Source: Chiloscyllium plagiosum (Eukaryota). Taken from it: a stretch of DNA of 64,000 nt. The translations under genes and the position numbers were made by a program. The stretch spans positions 12,761,446 to 12,825,445 of the forward strand of contig NC_057753.1 of NCBI RefSeq assembly GCF_004010195.1. Reading direction: 5' to 3'. The notes beneath the pieces are model-generated. The model did no database searches and was not told the origin of the DNA. It saw nothing but the letters and a program-made list of their open reading frames with translations. Shown here in pieces: positions 25,445 through 38,240 of the stretch (position 1 is the stretch's first letter; each line of letters starts with the position of its first letter).

Positions 25445-26314
25445 TGTTACAATGCAGAAGACAAACCATTCTGCTAATTAAAAGCAAACGCTCAGAAAAG
25501 CTCACCTCTCCTCGTAATCTGTTAAAATGTCTGAATGAAAGAAGTTCTATTATGCACACCAGATAAATTAAAAGTAATTATTTATTTAACTCCAACAGGG
25601 AACACTAACCAAAACTATTAACAAAACGAACACTCTTTCCCACACCTAACCACTATCAGTTAGCTGAAAGCAATTTTATCAAAGTGCAGTTCTAATAACA
25701 CAAATATTGAACATTACCTTAACTGATTTTCTCGAAGTCCATAAGCGTGTTATGTTCAATTCCTTCTGGTCTTCCTTCCGGTCTTCCAATTCTGCTATCT
25801 TCTTCCTGGGTTATTTTCTTACTTTTATCGAAAAAAGATACCTTTTGATGATAGTGAATAATGCAATTTCTTTGAAACAATATGTTTATTTCGTTAGATG
25901 GTAGTTGCTAAGATAAGATTTCAAAATGCAAGCGATTCTTTTAATACCCCCAGCATTGTCCCCTCTCATTCGTCCAACGTTGTCAATACAACAGATTCAA
26001 ACTCAAGTGTGTTTTTCAGTATCCTGAGCACAACTTAAATTAATTGGTTAAATTTGACTTATTGCTCAAAACTCTGGTATCATTTAACAGCCATTTGTGA
26101 CGTGTAGCTACTTTGGAATAGCCTATATCTTCACTGTTCTGTATTCTCGCAGCTGTTGCTGTCTTTCAATGTATTTTAAAATTCAGAACGCACTATCTAA
26201 CTTAACAAGTGAGCATATAGTCTTTCGACTTCGTAACAATTACAATTATCGAGTGAGGGTACTTGGGCAATTTGAGTTGCAGAAATGAACTGTGTTGCAT
26301 GATAACCTGTAACG
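25445..26314 (-). mobile_element. Probable solo LTR (family shared with 27579-28357)
   Basis: TGTTAC..GTAACG termini. Shares CTCGTAATCTGTTAAAA, AAAAGATACCTTT and CCCCAGCATT blocks in the same order as 27579-28357. Strand inferred from TTTATT placement. Confidence 0.6.
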
Positions 26315-27578
26315 AAATGAAGTGGAGCAGCAAAGAAAAATGTCTTCAGAGAAACATTACTTGAAATCTGAGGAATGTCTTTCAATTGATAGAAGATATT
26401 GTTAAAAAAATGCTCACTTCTTTGTTTTAATGACGTGAGAACCAACACATATCAGCAATGTGAGAACATCTGATACCTTCAGACAGCATATCACTGACAG
26501 CAGGATTTTAGAATAGATGTCTTCTGTGACGAAGGTTATGCAGACCTTGCCTTTTTTCAGAGAAATCCTAAATGCCACAGAAACTGAAAGTCTGGTGTGT
26601 ACTTTTTCAGGGTCAATTTGGTAATAACCAACAGATACTGCCTCAGACAGAGTCTTTCAATTTAAAAAAAAAACAACTGCACGATGAAAGGGGTGTGGTC
26701 ATTTCTACCTATTCAGCTTTTCTCTAGTTTATATTTTATAGCAGAAGTGTCATAAAAAGCTTCTGGACCCACAAAGGCAGGTCCAAACTGACACACTCTC
26801 TCTTTCTACCTTCTATCCTGTAAGGACTTGTGTTTGATTTTACCTATTGTGCCAATAGGTGTTTATAAAAATTGTTGCAAGTATTTGGAACAGCACAGTT
26901 AAGTTTGGATGATCTGTTTATTTAGGTGAAATTAAGTCATTCGTTAGTCTGTTTTCTGTTGTTATGTATCCTTCAGTAATCTTGTAAATATATTTTTTCA
27001 AAGACTAATACTTTTGACCAGTTAATTCTTTCCTGAAACATTCACTTTGCACCTACTTAAAATAGCTAGCAAAGTTTTTGTCTGGGCTACCTTCTTGAAA
27101 TATTTTGAGGGGTCTTCCCTGTTCCATAACAAATTGTAGGCTCGTATGGAATTTGATTTGTAGTTCTAAATCGGGATTAGATTTGTTGGATTCAAAGGCA
27201 GCAGGTGGTAGGTGCTTTTGTCTTTTGTTCCGGATGTTGATTTTGATTGGCTTAAACAGTTCTTGGGCTTGAAATGGCTCTTTCAGTCACCAACAGATTT
27301 CTGGCGGTGGAAGAAGTGACCTTGCGGGTTTTACAAAGGTGATTAAGGCCATGCAGCTGGAATTAGCTGACACCCTGGAGATGGAGCTACCTTCTTCTGT
27401 GAGGAAGAGAGAGTTGCCAGCAGCCAGAGCTCAGCATTGGTATTTCCTGGAAATGCTCACAGAATCTTTAGGGATGGCTAAAATTCAATTGGAAACGATA
27501 CAACTTCGGTTAGAGAAGAAGGACATGGAATTATGACTGCAAGCTGAAGAGAAAGGAAATGAAAGAAAGAGAGAAGAG

Positions 27579-28357
27579 TGTAACACAATGGCGGCAAACT
27601 TTTTGGTTAATTAAACTAAATGCCCTGAAAAGTTACCTTGCCTCGTAATCTGTTAAAATAAAAGTGGCAGAGAACTCTCAAATTCCACTACTTAAGGAAA
27701 ATTATATCAATTTATACTTTAACTCTAAAAGTGAACACTAAACAACTTTCACAATTCTAACCCTCTCTTTCTCTTGACTGGGTAGTACCTCCCTCCAACT
27801 CTACAACAATATGCTGTTCCAATAAACATTTATTTAAATTAATGTATAAACCATACAGTGGCTGTCGTCTCCGGTGTCTTTCTTCTGTTGACTTAGGTCT
27901 CCCTGGGTCGTCTTCATTCTTTTACTGTGATGATGTTTCATATGAAAAGATACCTTTGACAGAGTGTTTCAATATTTTGTGTCTATCTCGACGGCAGTTA
28001 CTCTCTCGATGGCAGGAACTCTGTCGATGGCACTTACTCTGCATGACTTTCAAAATGCCTGCTTTTCAATGCCCCCAACATTTTCTCGTCTCATTGGTTC
28101 AATGTTGCAAAGCAATAAATTCAAACCCGACTGTGTTCATTTATCCTGCGGCAAAATTTAAACTGATTTGTTAAATTCGAATTGTTTTCAAAACAGCAAC
28201 TAAATCATCTCTCCATTTCTCAGCCAAGTGCTGCATATTTTCAATTTTCCAGTACACTCTGAGACTGCTAGCTAGTCCTCACAGGTGCTTGACGGCTCTC
28301 TATCAGAACAGCATTCGCTCTCTTAAATGACAAGTGCACGCTTTCAAGTTAATAACA
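27579..28357 (-). mobile_element. Solo LTR inserted in gag of the second Gmr1-like element
   Basis: TGTAAC...ATAACA termini and a near TSD AGAG/GGAG; the GA-rich gag coiled-coil sequence resumes on both sides. Confidence 0.75.
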
Positions 28358-29596
28358 GGAGAGAAATGGAGAGAGAGGAAACAAAGAAAGAGAACGCGTT
28401 TGAACTTCAGAAGTTGGCACTTGGACAGAAGTATTAAAATTTACTGATATAAGGAGAAGTCATGTAGAAGAGAATTAAAACCACAAGATTAGCTGCTGAA
28501 TTGGTTGATGATAATGAGTTGATCCCTAAAACAAAGTTCGGCTTCCATAATCAATTTCAATCCGTGAGAGATAGTTATTTGAGAAAAGAGAAATCCTTAC
28601 GTGGAAAGGGAAAAGTATATATCGGTGAAAATCATAAGGATCGCTTACTACACGCTCAAAACGAAACGTTGAAGGGGACAGAGAAGTTCAAATGGTTCAG
28701 TACTTGCACAACAATAAACTAGGCGTCATGAAATCACAATGTTGGTGGGTTAGAAGAAGCACTGTGAAGACGTGTGGAAACGGAAAAAAACAGTGAATCT
28801 AGTTTATGTGGAGGCGAGAGAATTGCACGAGAGTATGCAAGCTGGTCGGAGGTTGGTTAAGAAGACAGTGCCAGATCTATTGAAACCATATATCTGCAAA
28901 GTTAAAATTTATTCCCATCGGTCACGAGGAACAGGTAAAATGTTTACAATATTAAGACACACAGGATCCTCTCGGACTTTTGAAGGTCTATTGCCTGAAA
29001 AGGTTCTAATAACGGGATTAACGGTGAGATAAAAAGCGCACAAATAGTTATAGTTAGGTTAGAAAATAGAGTGAAGAGTGGAAACTTCGTGGAAGGAATA
29101 CTGGACAAACTCTCAACTCCAGGAATGCAAGTGTGAATGATACAGCTGGTTCATCAGTAGGAGTGCAGTCTTTGAAAATCCAGTGAAAACTCAGGCAATT
29201 AATATATTGCAGGTCACATAGCCTGTAATATTCCCTGACTGTATGGTAACGAGGTCGTGAACTCATCAGCTGAAACAAGAGAGATCAAAGAGTACATAAA
29301 AGAAATTTGAAGAATTTGTTTGATCAGATGGTTGGCACAAACCATGAGCAGATAGATGACGATGCAACTATGTTTAGCTCAGATACGTCAACTGAGTTAC
29401 ATCAGAAAGATTAAAACTTAATGCAATCGTCTCAAAATGCATGCACAGGAAACGAATCCGAAGATGGCCCTGAATATTCATATCTTCAAAATGACGTCTT
29501 AATGAGGAAATGGAGACCATCATGTATTCAGGCAGTTGAGAAATGGACAAAAGTTCATCACATCGTATTATCAGTTGGCAATAGAAATGAGGTGAT

Positions 29597-29652
29597 GCGA
29601 GTGGCGCATGAGCTACAGCTTGGGGGCGATTTTGAACTGAGGAAAACACAAG

Positions 29653-29687
<35 letters not shown>

Positions 29688-29928
29688 GTGTGTATGTGTG
29701 TGTGTGTGTACAACTGGCCTGGGTTGTACGAGGATGTGTTTGAATTTTGCCAGACGTGTCATAAATGTTAGGTAATTTGAAAACCACAGGCAGTAATTTA
29801 ACACGGACCTTTAATGTGCCGAGTAGATTTCCAGAGGCTTTTTTTCATTAAACAATATCACAAGAAAAAGAAGCGAGTGGCGCATGAGCTACAGCTTGGG
29901 GGCGATTTTGAACTGAGGAAAACACAAG

Positions 29929-29971
<43 letters not shown>

Positions 29972-30262
29972 GTGTGTATGTGTGCGTGTGTGTACAATTG
30001 GCCTGGGTTGTACAAGGATGTGTTTGAATTTTGCCAGACGTGTCATAAATGTTAGGTAATTTGAAAACCACAGGCAATAATTTAACACGGACCTTTAATA
30101 AATATCCGTGCATTTGAGGAAATTTTCATGAGACCCTTAATTGATTGCGTCAGTGCATACGTCGAACAAAATGTGGGAATCAGTATTTGTTCATAATAAT
30201 GCATGTGCCGAGTAGATTTCCAGAGGCTTTTTTTCATTAAACAATATCACAAGGAAAAGAAG
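29597..30262 (+). repeat. Tandem duplication with (AT)n(TG)n microsatellite
   Basis: Copy 1 (29597-29872) and copy 2 (29873-30262) are near identical; copy 1 lacks the ~30099-30204 segment. Confidence 0.92.
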
Positions 30263-31808
30263 TGTAGAGGAATTACTGAAGTTTTTCACAAGATATGGGC
30301 TACTGACAAAGATAAGATCAGATCAAGGGTCAAACTTCACTCAAGATTATTCAAGGAAGTTTTGACAGTTTAGGAATAAAACAATTCACATTTACTTCGT
30401 CATATCTGGAACTGCAGAGAGTGTTGGAAACGGGGCATCCAATATTAAAGACATCGTTGAACGCTTATAGTCATTACTATCTAGATGATTGGACGAAGAG
30501 AATTCCATTTGTGCTTTTTGCGATCAGAGATGGACCAAATGAATCGACCAAATGCAGTCCATTTGAATTAGATTTTGGTTAAAAAAAAAAGTGAGAGGAC
30601 CGTTAAAATTGATTAAAGCGAAGTTGGTAACTGAGAATTCTGAAATCATATATTTGTATTATGTGTCAAATTTTAGGGAACGATTCAATAGAGCTAGGCA
30701 ATTGGCTAGACAGTTCCTTATAGTACAACAGCATACAATGAAAAAGGAAGCAGACAAGAAATCAAAGATGTGCAATTTTGTTTTCGGGGATAATGCATTA
30801 ATGTTACTTCCAGTGATACATGAACCTATAAGAGTAAGAATTTATGGACCTCATCAAGTCTGAAGGAAATTGAGTGAGGTGAACTCTTTGCTAAGTACTC
30901 TAAATAGAAATGTTTCTTAGAGTCTGTCTTGTGGATGATCCAAAAGGTATTGAACAGGGAAGGAAAGCAAGAGGAGAACACGTTAATGATTACAACACAT
31001 GGGGAAGAAGCAAGTTCAGAGTATTCTGAATTAGACATCCTTCAAGTTAAATTGGACAATGAGGAAGTTGTCAAGAACTGGGAGAAATAATTGAGTTAAC
31101 CTTCTAGAGGAAAACCGAAAATATCTGAAATAGTTATTGCTATCACATGGGAAGATAAATGGAATTAAGCTGGTATGTACTAACCTAATTATGAATGAAG
31201 TAGATACTGCGATCCAGTTAAGAAATACCCTTATAGACATAAAAATGTAAAGTTGTCACGTGTTCAAACGGAGATTAATCACATACTCCAAGACATAATT
31301 GGTATGAATTACAGTGACTGAAGCTCACGCATAGCAATGGTGCCAAAACCAAATGTACACAAAGGTTATGCGTGGACTCCCGCAAAGTCAATGCAATTAC
31401 AAAGTCTGAAGCAGATCCGATTCTGCGATTGAATAGTGTGTTGGAAGTTGTGACAAGTAACTTATATTTCTAAGTTGGACTGGTTTGGACGATACTGGCA
31501 GGTAGCTTTGTCAGAAATAGCAAACACACTTTCGGCTTTCTTTATGCCGAATTGACTGTATGAGTTTCAAGTCATGCCATTTGGCATGAAAAATGCCCCA
31601 GCCACTTTTCACAGACCAGCCAAGAAGGTCCTTGCCGGTTGACCAAGCTGTTTTGTATTTTTGGATGATCTTGCGATTTCTGGTCTTCGTTATATATGGC
31701 ACAGAAGGATCATTTGCAACACTTGTCAGCCTTTTTCCATCAACTTTGTAAGGCTGGTTTGGCGATAAACCTGGATAAAAGTGAGTTTGCTAAAGCCCTG
31801 GTCACTTT

Positions 31809-32026
31809 GAGATGAAAATGTGTTGCTGGAAAAGCGCAGCAGGTCAGGCAACATCCAAGGAGCTGGAGAATCGACGTTTCGTGAATGAGCCCTTCTTCAG
31901 GAATCCCTTCAGGCTTATGCCCGAAACGTCGATTCTCCCCTCCTTGGATGCTGCCTGACCTGCTGTGCTTTTCCAGCAACACATTTTCAGCTCTGATCTC
32001 CAGCATCTGCAGTCCTCACTTTTTCT
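31809..32026. mobile_element. Palindromic Penelope-type (pseudo-LTR derived) insertion with hammerhead-like core
   Basis: Perfect 11-bp direct repeat CTGGTCACTTT at 31798-31808 and 32027-32037; ~80-bp inverted arms (31813-31892 vs 31913-31990); minus strand CTGAAGA..GAAACGTC. Confidence 0.75.
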
Positions 32027-33765
32027 CTGGTCACTTTCCCAGGCCATGTAATTGAACACGGATAATGACCCCATGGGATGCAAAAGCAAAGGTAATTGGA
32101 AACTTTTCCCAAACCATCGACAAAAAGAGCTTTACTGCGGTTCCTAGGATTGAGAGAATGCCATCGACGATTTATACCAAATTTTAGTAATATGGCTGTT
32201 CACTCACTGAATTGTTAAAGAAAAGCAGGAAGTTTCAGTGGACAGCAGACTGTCAGAAGGCATTTGACAACCTCAAACCATTGACCTTATATTAGCCTCA
32301 TCTAATTACGGAAAGCCATTCAAGGTGACTATCGAAGCGAGTGGTGTGGGTTTCGGTGCTGCACTCTTCCAAGAAGTCGATGAGTAGATAGAAAGACCTA
32401 TCTGGTGTTTGTTCAGGAAATTGAACGTTCAAAAGCAGAAAAATTCGACTGTTGAGAAGCGGACATGACCATGGTGCTGCCATTTCAACATTTCAGTGTT
32501 TATATTACCAGTAATGTATCTGAAACAATCATATACCCTGCTCAGAACACATGGATTTTTATGGTGAAATTTATGGACAAAACTAATAGACTGTTTCGAT
32601 CGAATTTATTGTTACAGCCATTCATTTTGAAAGGTTTGCATGTGGTAGGACAAGAAAGCATGATTGCCGACTTATTGTCGAGACTCTAATGAGAATTGGA
32701 GGCATTCGGTGGCAGCAGTAAAACAGACTAAAAAGGAATGTGGTTGCGCGTGTTTGCACGTTTATAATGTGTATGCATGTTTCAAAGTACTTAGAAATAT
32801 TTTAAGGCGTTTGAAAATGAAGCCACCTTTTGATATTGTTGGTTCATTATTTTTGACGGGGGAAGTGTGATGAAGCTGTTCCTTTAACAAGACAATGCAG
32901 ACCTTGGTTTTCTTTCGAGAGCTCATAAATGACAGACAGCAAAAAGTCTGGGGTGTTGGGTTTTAGGGCGAATCTGTTAATAACTAACAGACAGTGCATC
33001 TGGTGAGGCTTTCCAGTTTACTCTCTCTCTCTCTCTGACTTCCACACTGTAAGAACTTGAGTTGGATTTTAAATTTTGTGCCAAAGGTGTTTTTGGGGAT
33101 TGCTGCAAATATCTGGAACAGCATCATTTAGTTGGAATGATCTGTTGAATTTTCGGAAAGGTTAATTTATTCATCACTGGGAGAGTAGTGTGTAAAGCAT
33201 ACAGCATCAACAATCAATTGAAAACAACATTCTTGAGGACACAGTTCAAACAGTTGTACTGGGTGCTGGGTCTTCTTGAGGATAATGTTACATTGCAGGC
33301 GATCATGAAGTAGCGACTGCTTTGGACAGAAAACATATGTCTGAGAAATAAAGAATGGCAGAGGAGCACAGAATGACGAAGGAAGGCTGGAAGGAAAGGA
33401 GTGAGTAAAGAATGAATGGATGTGAAAAAAGCTGAGAAAAACTGAAACAGGAAGAGTCTTAAATAAACTAACAATTGTCACTTCGACAAGAATATTGCAG
33501 ACTGGAAGGATTTAGGGCATGGCGTTGGAACGGGATGTTGATCATGTGTTCCCCTCTCATCAAGAATTGACGAATTTCCAAATCGATCCGGATTTGCTTG
33601 GGATCGATTACAATTAGTTGTCAGATGTGGAAAATAGGCGTTCTATCGAATTTCTATTTGTGTTGGGTTTCCACAACGTTCTGTATCAGGTACACATTGG
33701 AGGTGTGCATACTGAGCTACTCCAGTGAAAATGAAACAATATGAGGAGATATTTCTTCCCCCTCA

Positions 33766-36140
33766 CTATTTAAAGCAATTGGTGAGTGTGACAACTGGGT
33801 AGATCAGAACATTCTTCAACTCCTCTCGAAACATATTTTGAGATATTATATATATGAAGACGTTGTTGCAGGAACTTAGTAACTGTAGTGTATTGGCTGT
33901 CTCTTGGAAAATATACTGAGGGTTACTGAAATCAAGACCACCGAAGTAACTCTCGTCTGTAAGCTGCATATAGATGAAGTGTCCAACAAGAGGGGCCCAC
34001 AGGAGGAGAAAGCTGAGAGAGATGGTGAACAGCAGAATAATGGACCTCTTGCGGTTGTTCATCTCCAAGTCTTGCTGCCTCTCGGCTCCCCGGAGCCTCC
34101 TTCGGGCTCTGTTGGCCGCTACGATCTGTCTTATGGTCAGGGCATTGAGCAGCAGAATGGCGAAGAACGGGAGAAAAGGGGTATAGATCTGGAAGAACCA
34201 GTCATAAACCTGCCAAGCCGACGTGATGTAGTAGTTGGCTTTGATGTTGCAAAACCATATCCCATCTAAAATGTCGATGGGTTCATAGATAAAGTAGATT
34301 GGAATATTCTTGATGCAGCAAAATGCACAGACTATTCCGATGACCAAAGACGCAGTCTTCTCTGTACAGTATCTGTTCTTCAATTTCTGGCAACAGATGG
34401 CCACAAAACGGTCAAAGGTAAAGACGACTGTCAGCCACACCGAGAAATCCCAGGTGGCAAAGACGAGCACAATGCTCAGAGTGCATGCAGGAGTGGTAGA
34501 CAAGATACTTTCCCGGAAGTAGATGCGGCTGATTCGGTTAAGGATGACTGCAATGTTGATGACAAGGAAATCAGTCACCGCGATTGCCACCAGGTAGTAG
34601 GTGATGCACCGGGAGAGACCGCACCGTCCTCGAGATAGGATGATGATCGCCAACAAGTTGGCTGTGAGATATCAAAAGAGAAAGATATAACTGAACTCAT
34701 TCCAAACATTATCTGCTGCTTTGTGCAAACTTCAAACATCAACTTAGCACCTCCAGTCTCTTTTCTGTAACTGTTGACAAATTTTGGACATCCAGTGCAG
34801 CATGAAATATCTATCAATGTAATCAGTTCTGGGAATAAGCATCGCTCTCTGGTCACTGAGTAAGTACCAGTTGCGAATTGTCTAAGTCAGGAAAAATGGA
34901 ATAAAGTGATGTTCATTAATTATTCATACCAAGCCTGGCCAACATTCAACTCATGGATGTGAACCCCCTTCTCGACGGATGTCTCATTCTGTGCAATCTC
35001 AGCTTTGGACTTTTCAGAAGTTCTGGTGACTGACTTCATCCGTTCCGTAAAACCATACAACGATCTGAAATCTTAACTAACTTTAGTCTGTCGGCCGTGT
35101 GTCTGAAAATTGATAATTCAAGATGTGCCTGTTATAGATTTATCTCGGAAAACCACTCGAAGAAATATCTGGAATTATCAACTCAGCTTCTCCTTTTCTG
35201 TTCCCTTCTTTTAGGCGTTCAGTTGATCAAAACTTTTGGCGTTATCGCATATTTCTCGAGATTAAATTGGTTTACTTAATTTGTTCTGGTGAATGCGAAA
35301 TACAATGAGGTATTTTGAGGCCAAATGCAACCGGACATTTTAATGATTGTGAACAACCCTTTTCTGGTAATTATTTAAAAATATAATTGTCCAACGCATG
35401 CGAAACGTTGCTGCAGAGAATCAATTTAACAATGATATAAAAATATTGCATCTCCACTGACGTTTTTGAATTAAATTCGAATAAATTTCTAAAACAACAT
35501 TCACAATGGCACCATCCAGTGAGAACTGTATACTTTATCACGTCCTGCCAAAGCATGCACTGTAAGATAATATGTTCACTGAATGTATGTTTATAATGCA
35601 AAACATCTCATAAGTTATCAAACAAAAAAAATCAACTTCAGATACTGCAGCGTAGAAAAATGTTCACTGCACTATGACAAACTAAAAATCCTACAATCGA
35701 CTAAAACGCTAGATTACAGTTCTCTGAATTGGAATGGATGTTATTCTGCGACAATGTTAAGGTTTAATATTCAAGCCTAGTCGCTTAACACAATTCGGCG
35801 TCTAATTAACATTTTTTCAATAAATACACAGAATACAAGAAATAAGAACAGCTTGCCTTTCTTTGTAATGAAATCGCAAGTACGGCACGATTATATGCCA
35901 TAGGCAAGCAAGGATCGTGAATGCAATATAGGCGTGGGAATCCGGTTGAACTCCCTTAAAATCAAATTGTTGAATATCGGAAAAATTCTGCCGGAACCTG
36001 AAAGGGAAAGTATGAAATTTCTGGAAATACATGATCAAGAAAACCATTTTCTCGAGTATCAGCTACTTACCAGGAGCGCCAACTGCTGCGAGAATTGAAT
36101 ACCAAATGATAAAGAAGGGGGCAATGACTGGTGCATGCAT
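33766..36140 (-). CDS. Class A GPCR, GPR139/GPR142-like (chondrichthyan-expanded family); exon 1 36140-36071, exon 2 34661-33766; 321 aa
   Basis: Exon 1 MHAPVIAPFFIIWYSILAAVGAP(G|GTAAGT) splices in phase 1 to CAG|CC. This gives ..VGAPANLLAIIILSRGRCGLSRCITYYLVAIAVTD..SVWLTVVFTFDRFVAICCQKLK..PFLPFFAILLLNALT..RKRSIILLFTIS..LQLLSSCNNVFIY. Seven hydrophobic segments, no stops. Confidence 0.92.
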
Positions 36141-37321
36141 CTTCGTTCAGAATCGAGAGGAATTGACTGTCGCTGTAGAAGTTCGTTCCGTGACACATTC
36201 AAATAGTCACTCATTTATTCTGAGTGGTAGTTTCGAGAAGGACAATTAAATAAGAACACACACCTTACTTACAGTTCAGTAAACCAAGAAATTAACTCTC
36301 TGATGCATGCCTTTAAACAGGTTGCATGATTGTATTTCATTTTGGGACAGGGTCGTTGCAATTTCTCTGGTTCGTCCGACTCAACAATCCCAACGCAGTT
36401 TCTGTATCAAGTAGATCAATCAATGGTAGACATCGAGCTGATTTTCTGTCTCTAAACTTTCTTTCTGTTTGTCATTTCTGCTATTTCCCACTTGAATCCA
36501 TTATTTCAAGCATCATCTTAGGTTTTCCTTTGTGTTCATCCTTATGTGTTTTAGTGCCTGATATATTAACACTGCGAAAATATTTTCATCAATTTGCATT
36601 TGAACTTGTAGAAAATAAATTTTGCAAACACGGGATGTTAATGTGATTGCGACTTTCAAACGCAGGTCTTGTCACATTGAATCTGAAAAATTCTTCATTT
36701 GATCTGAACAATCAGAAATGTGGCAAGGGTGTTCAAGTGCTGAAGTTCGTGTTCAGATCTGCTGGTTCAGGAACAATTTGACAATGTCAGTGTTTAATAT
36801 AATGAGAGAAACATGAGGCCCATGCTAAACTGGAAGATGTGTTAAAATATGTTGCCAGATTTACCAGGAAAACAGACTTGGTCAAAATGCAGAATTTTCA
36901 TATTATCCTCAGGAGCATTTGAAATAAAACTAATTCAGTGTTCACAGGGACAGATGCAATGTAAGCTTGAAAGAAGCATGTAAATTTGCGGTAACAATTA
37001 AGGCATATCAGGTGCAATATGAACAAAGACATGGTCTAATCCAGTAATTAACACGTTTTCATAATTCCATGGACACTCTGTCGAGAAACAACAACTAAGA
37101 CAGTGTCTACATTCATAGATCAGAGACATGGTGCAACTCACTGTAAACAGAGAGAGGGTGTAGCGTAATATCGGCAAAGATGAGAGAAATGTCAAAGGGA
37201 AATTAAGTGTAATCAATGTCACAGCTGTCATCGGAGTCGCTGACAGAGTGTCTAGTCTAGTAAAACAATTAGGTGGACAGTTTCAGCGATAACTGTGGGA
37301 AGACATTAAATACAACATAAA

Positions 37322-38240
37322 TGATAGAACATCGAATAGGGAATATAGAACAGTGCAACACAGTACAGGTCATTTGGCCCTCAATGTTGTCCTGAAAGTT
37401 TATCCTACTCTCTGTCCGGATTAACCTACAATATCCTTCAGAGTACGATGTTCCATGTGCCTATCCAATAGAAGCTAAAATGTCTCTTAAGTCTCTGATT
37501 CTTCTTCCATTGCTTGCATTGCACTCCACGCACAAACCACTCTCCGGGTAAAGAACCTTCCCATGAACTCTCCCCTAAATCTTCCTCTAATCAACATAAA
37601 ATTGTGCCATACATGATAGCCATTTTCACCCTGGGAAAAAGTCTCTGGTTATTCATTGCATCTAGCCCTCTAAAGATCGTGGGCACGACCAACAAGTCAC
37701 CTCTCATCCTTCTTCCCTCCAATGAGAAAAACTTCATAAAACACACCCTCTAGTTTAGGAGGCATCCTCGTAAGTCTCCTCTGCACACTCTCTAAAGCTT
37801 CACATCCTTCCTATAACGAGGTGAACAGAACTGAGCAAAATATTCCAAGTGTGGCCTGACTAGGCCTCTATGTAGCTGCATCATACCCTCGTGGCTCTTA
37901 AACACAATCCCTCAACTCATGAAAGCTGACAAAAATATCGCTGCCTCCCCAATCTTTCGACTTGAATGAAAACTTCGAAAGATCTATGGATATGGACCCC
38001 AAGATCCCACTGTTCCTACATATTATCAAGTATCCTGACATTAACTCTACTTTCTGCATTCAAATTCGAACTTGCAAAGCGAATTTCTTCATGCTTTTCC
38101 AGGTTGAATTCCATCTACCACTTCTCTGCCAATGTCTGCATCCTGTCAATGTCCCATTGCAGTTTGCAACAGCCCTCCACACTGTCAACAATTCCACACA
38201 CCTTTGTATAATCGACAGGCTTACTAACCCAGATTTCCAC
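37322..38240 (-). mobile_element. CR1-type LINE 3' portion
   Basis: ATAGAAC-type tail at the left end; reverse strand carries W(Q)MEFNLEK and CACTTGGAATATTTTGCTCAGTTCTG CR1 blocks. Confidence 0.8.

Larger units (their letters stand above)
26525..33176 (+). mobile_element. Second decayed Gmr1-like Gypsy LTR retrotransposon (3' LTR truncated)
   Basis: 5' LTR 26525-27131 (TGTGACGAAG..CATAACA); gag ATGGCTCTTTCAGTC at 27274, matching the first element; protease ILRHTGSS ~28950; integrase ~29560-30960 (SRFPEA, IRSDQGSNF); RT ~31200-32150 (FQVMPFGMKNAPATF, LDD ~31661); RNase H ~32300-32690; purine tract to 32865; 3' LTR from 32866 (TGTGATGAAG). Confidence 0.88.

Noticed and set aside
36075-36090. 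CTCF-like motif GCAGCAGTTGGCGCT
   Set aside because: It is explained by GPCR exon 1 codons (AAVGA).
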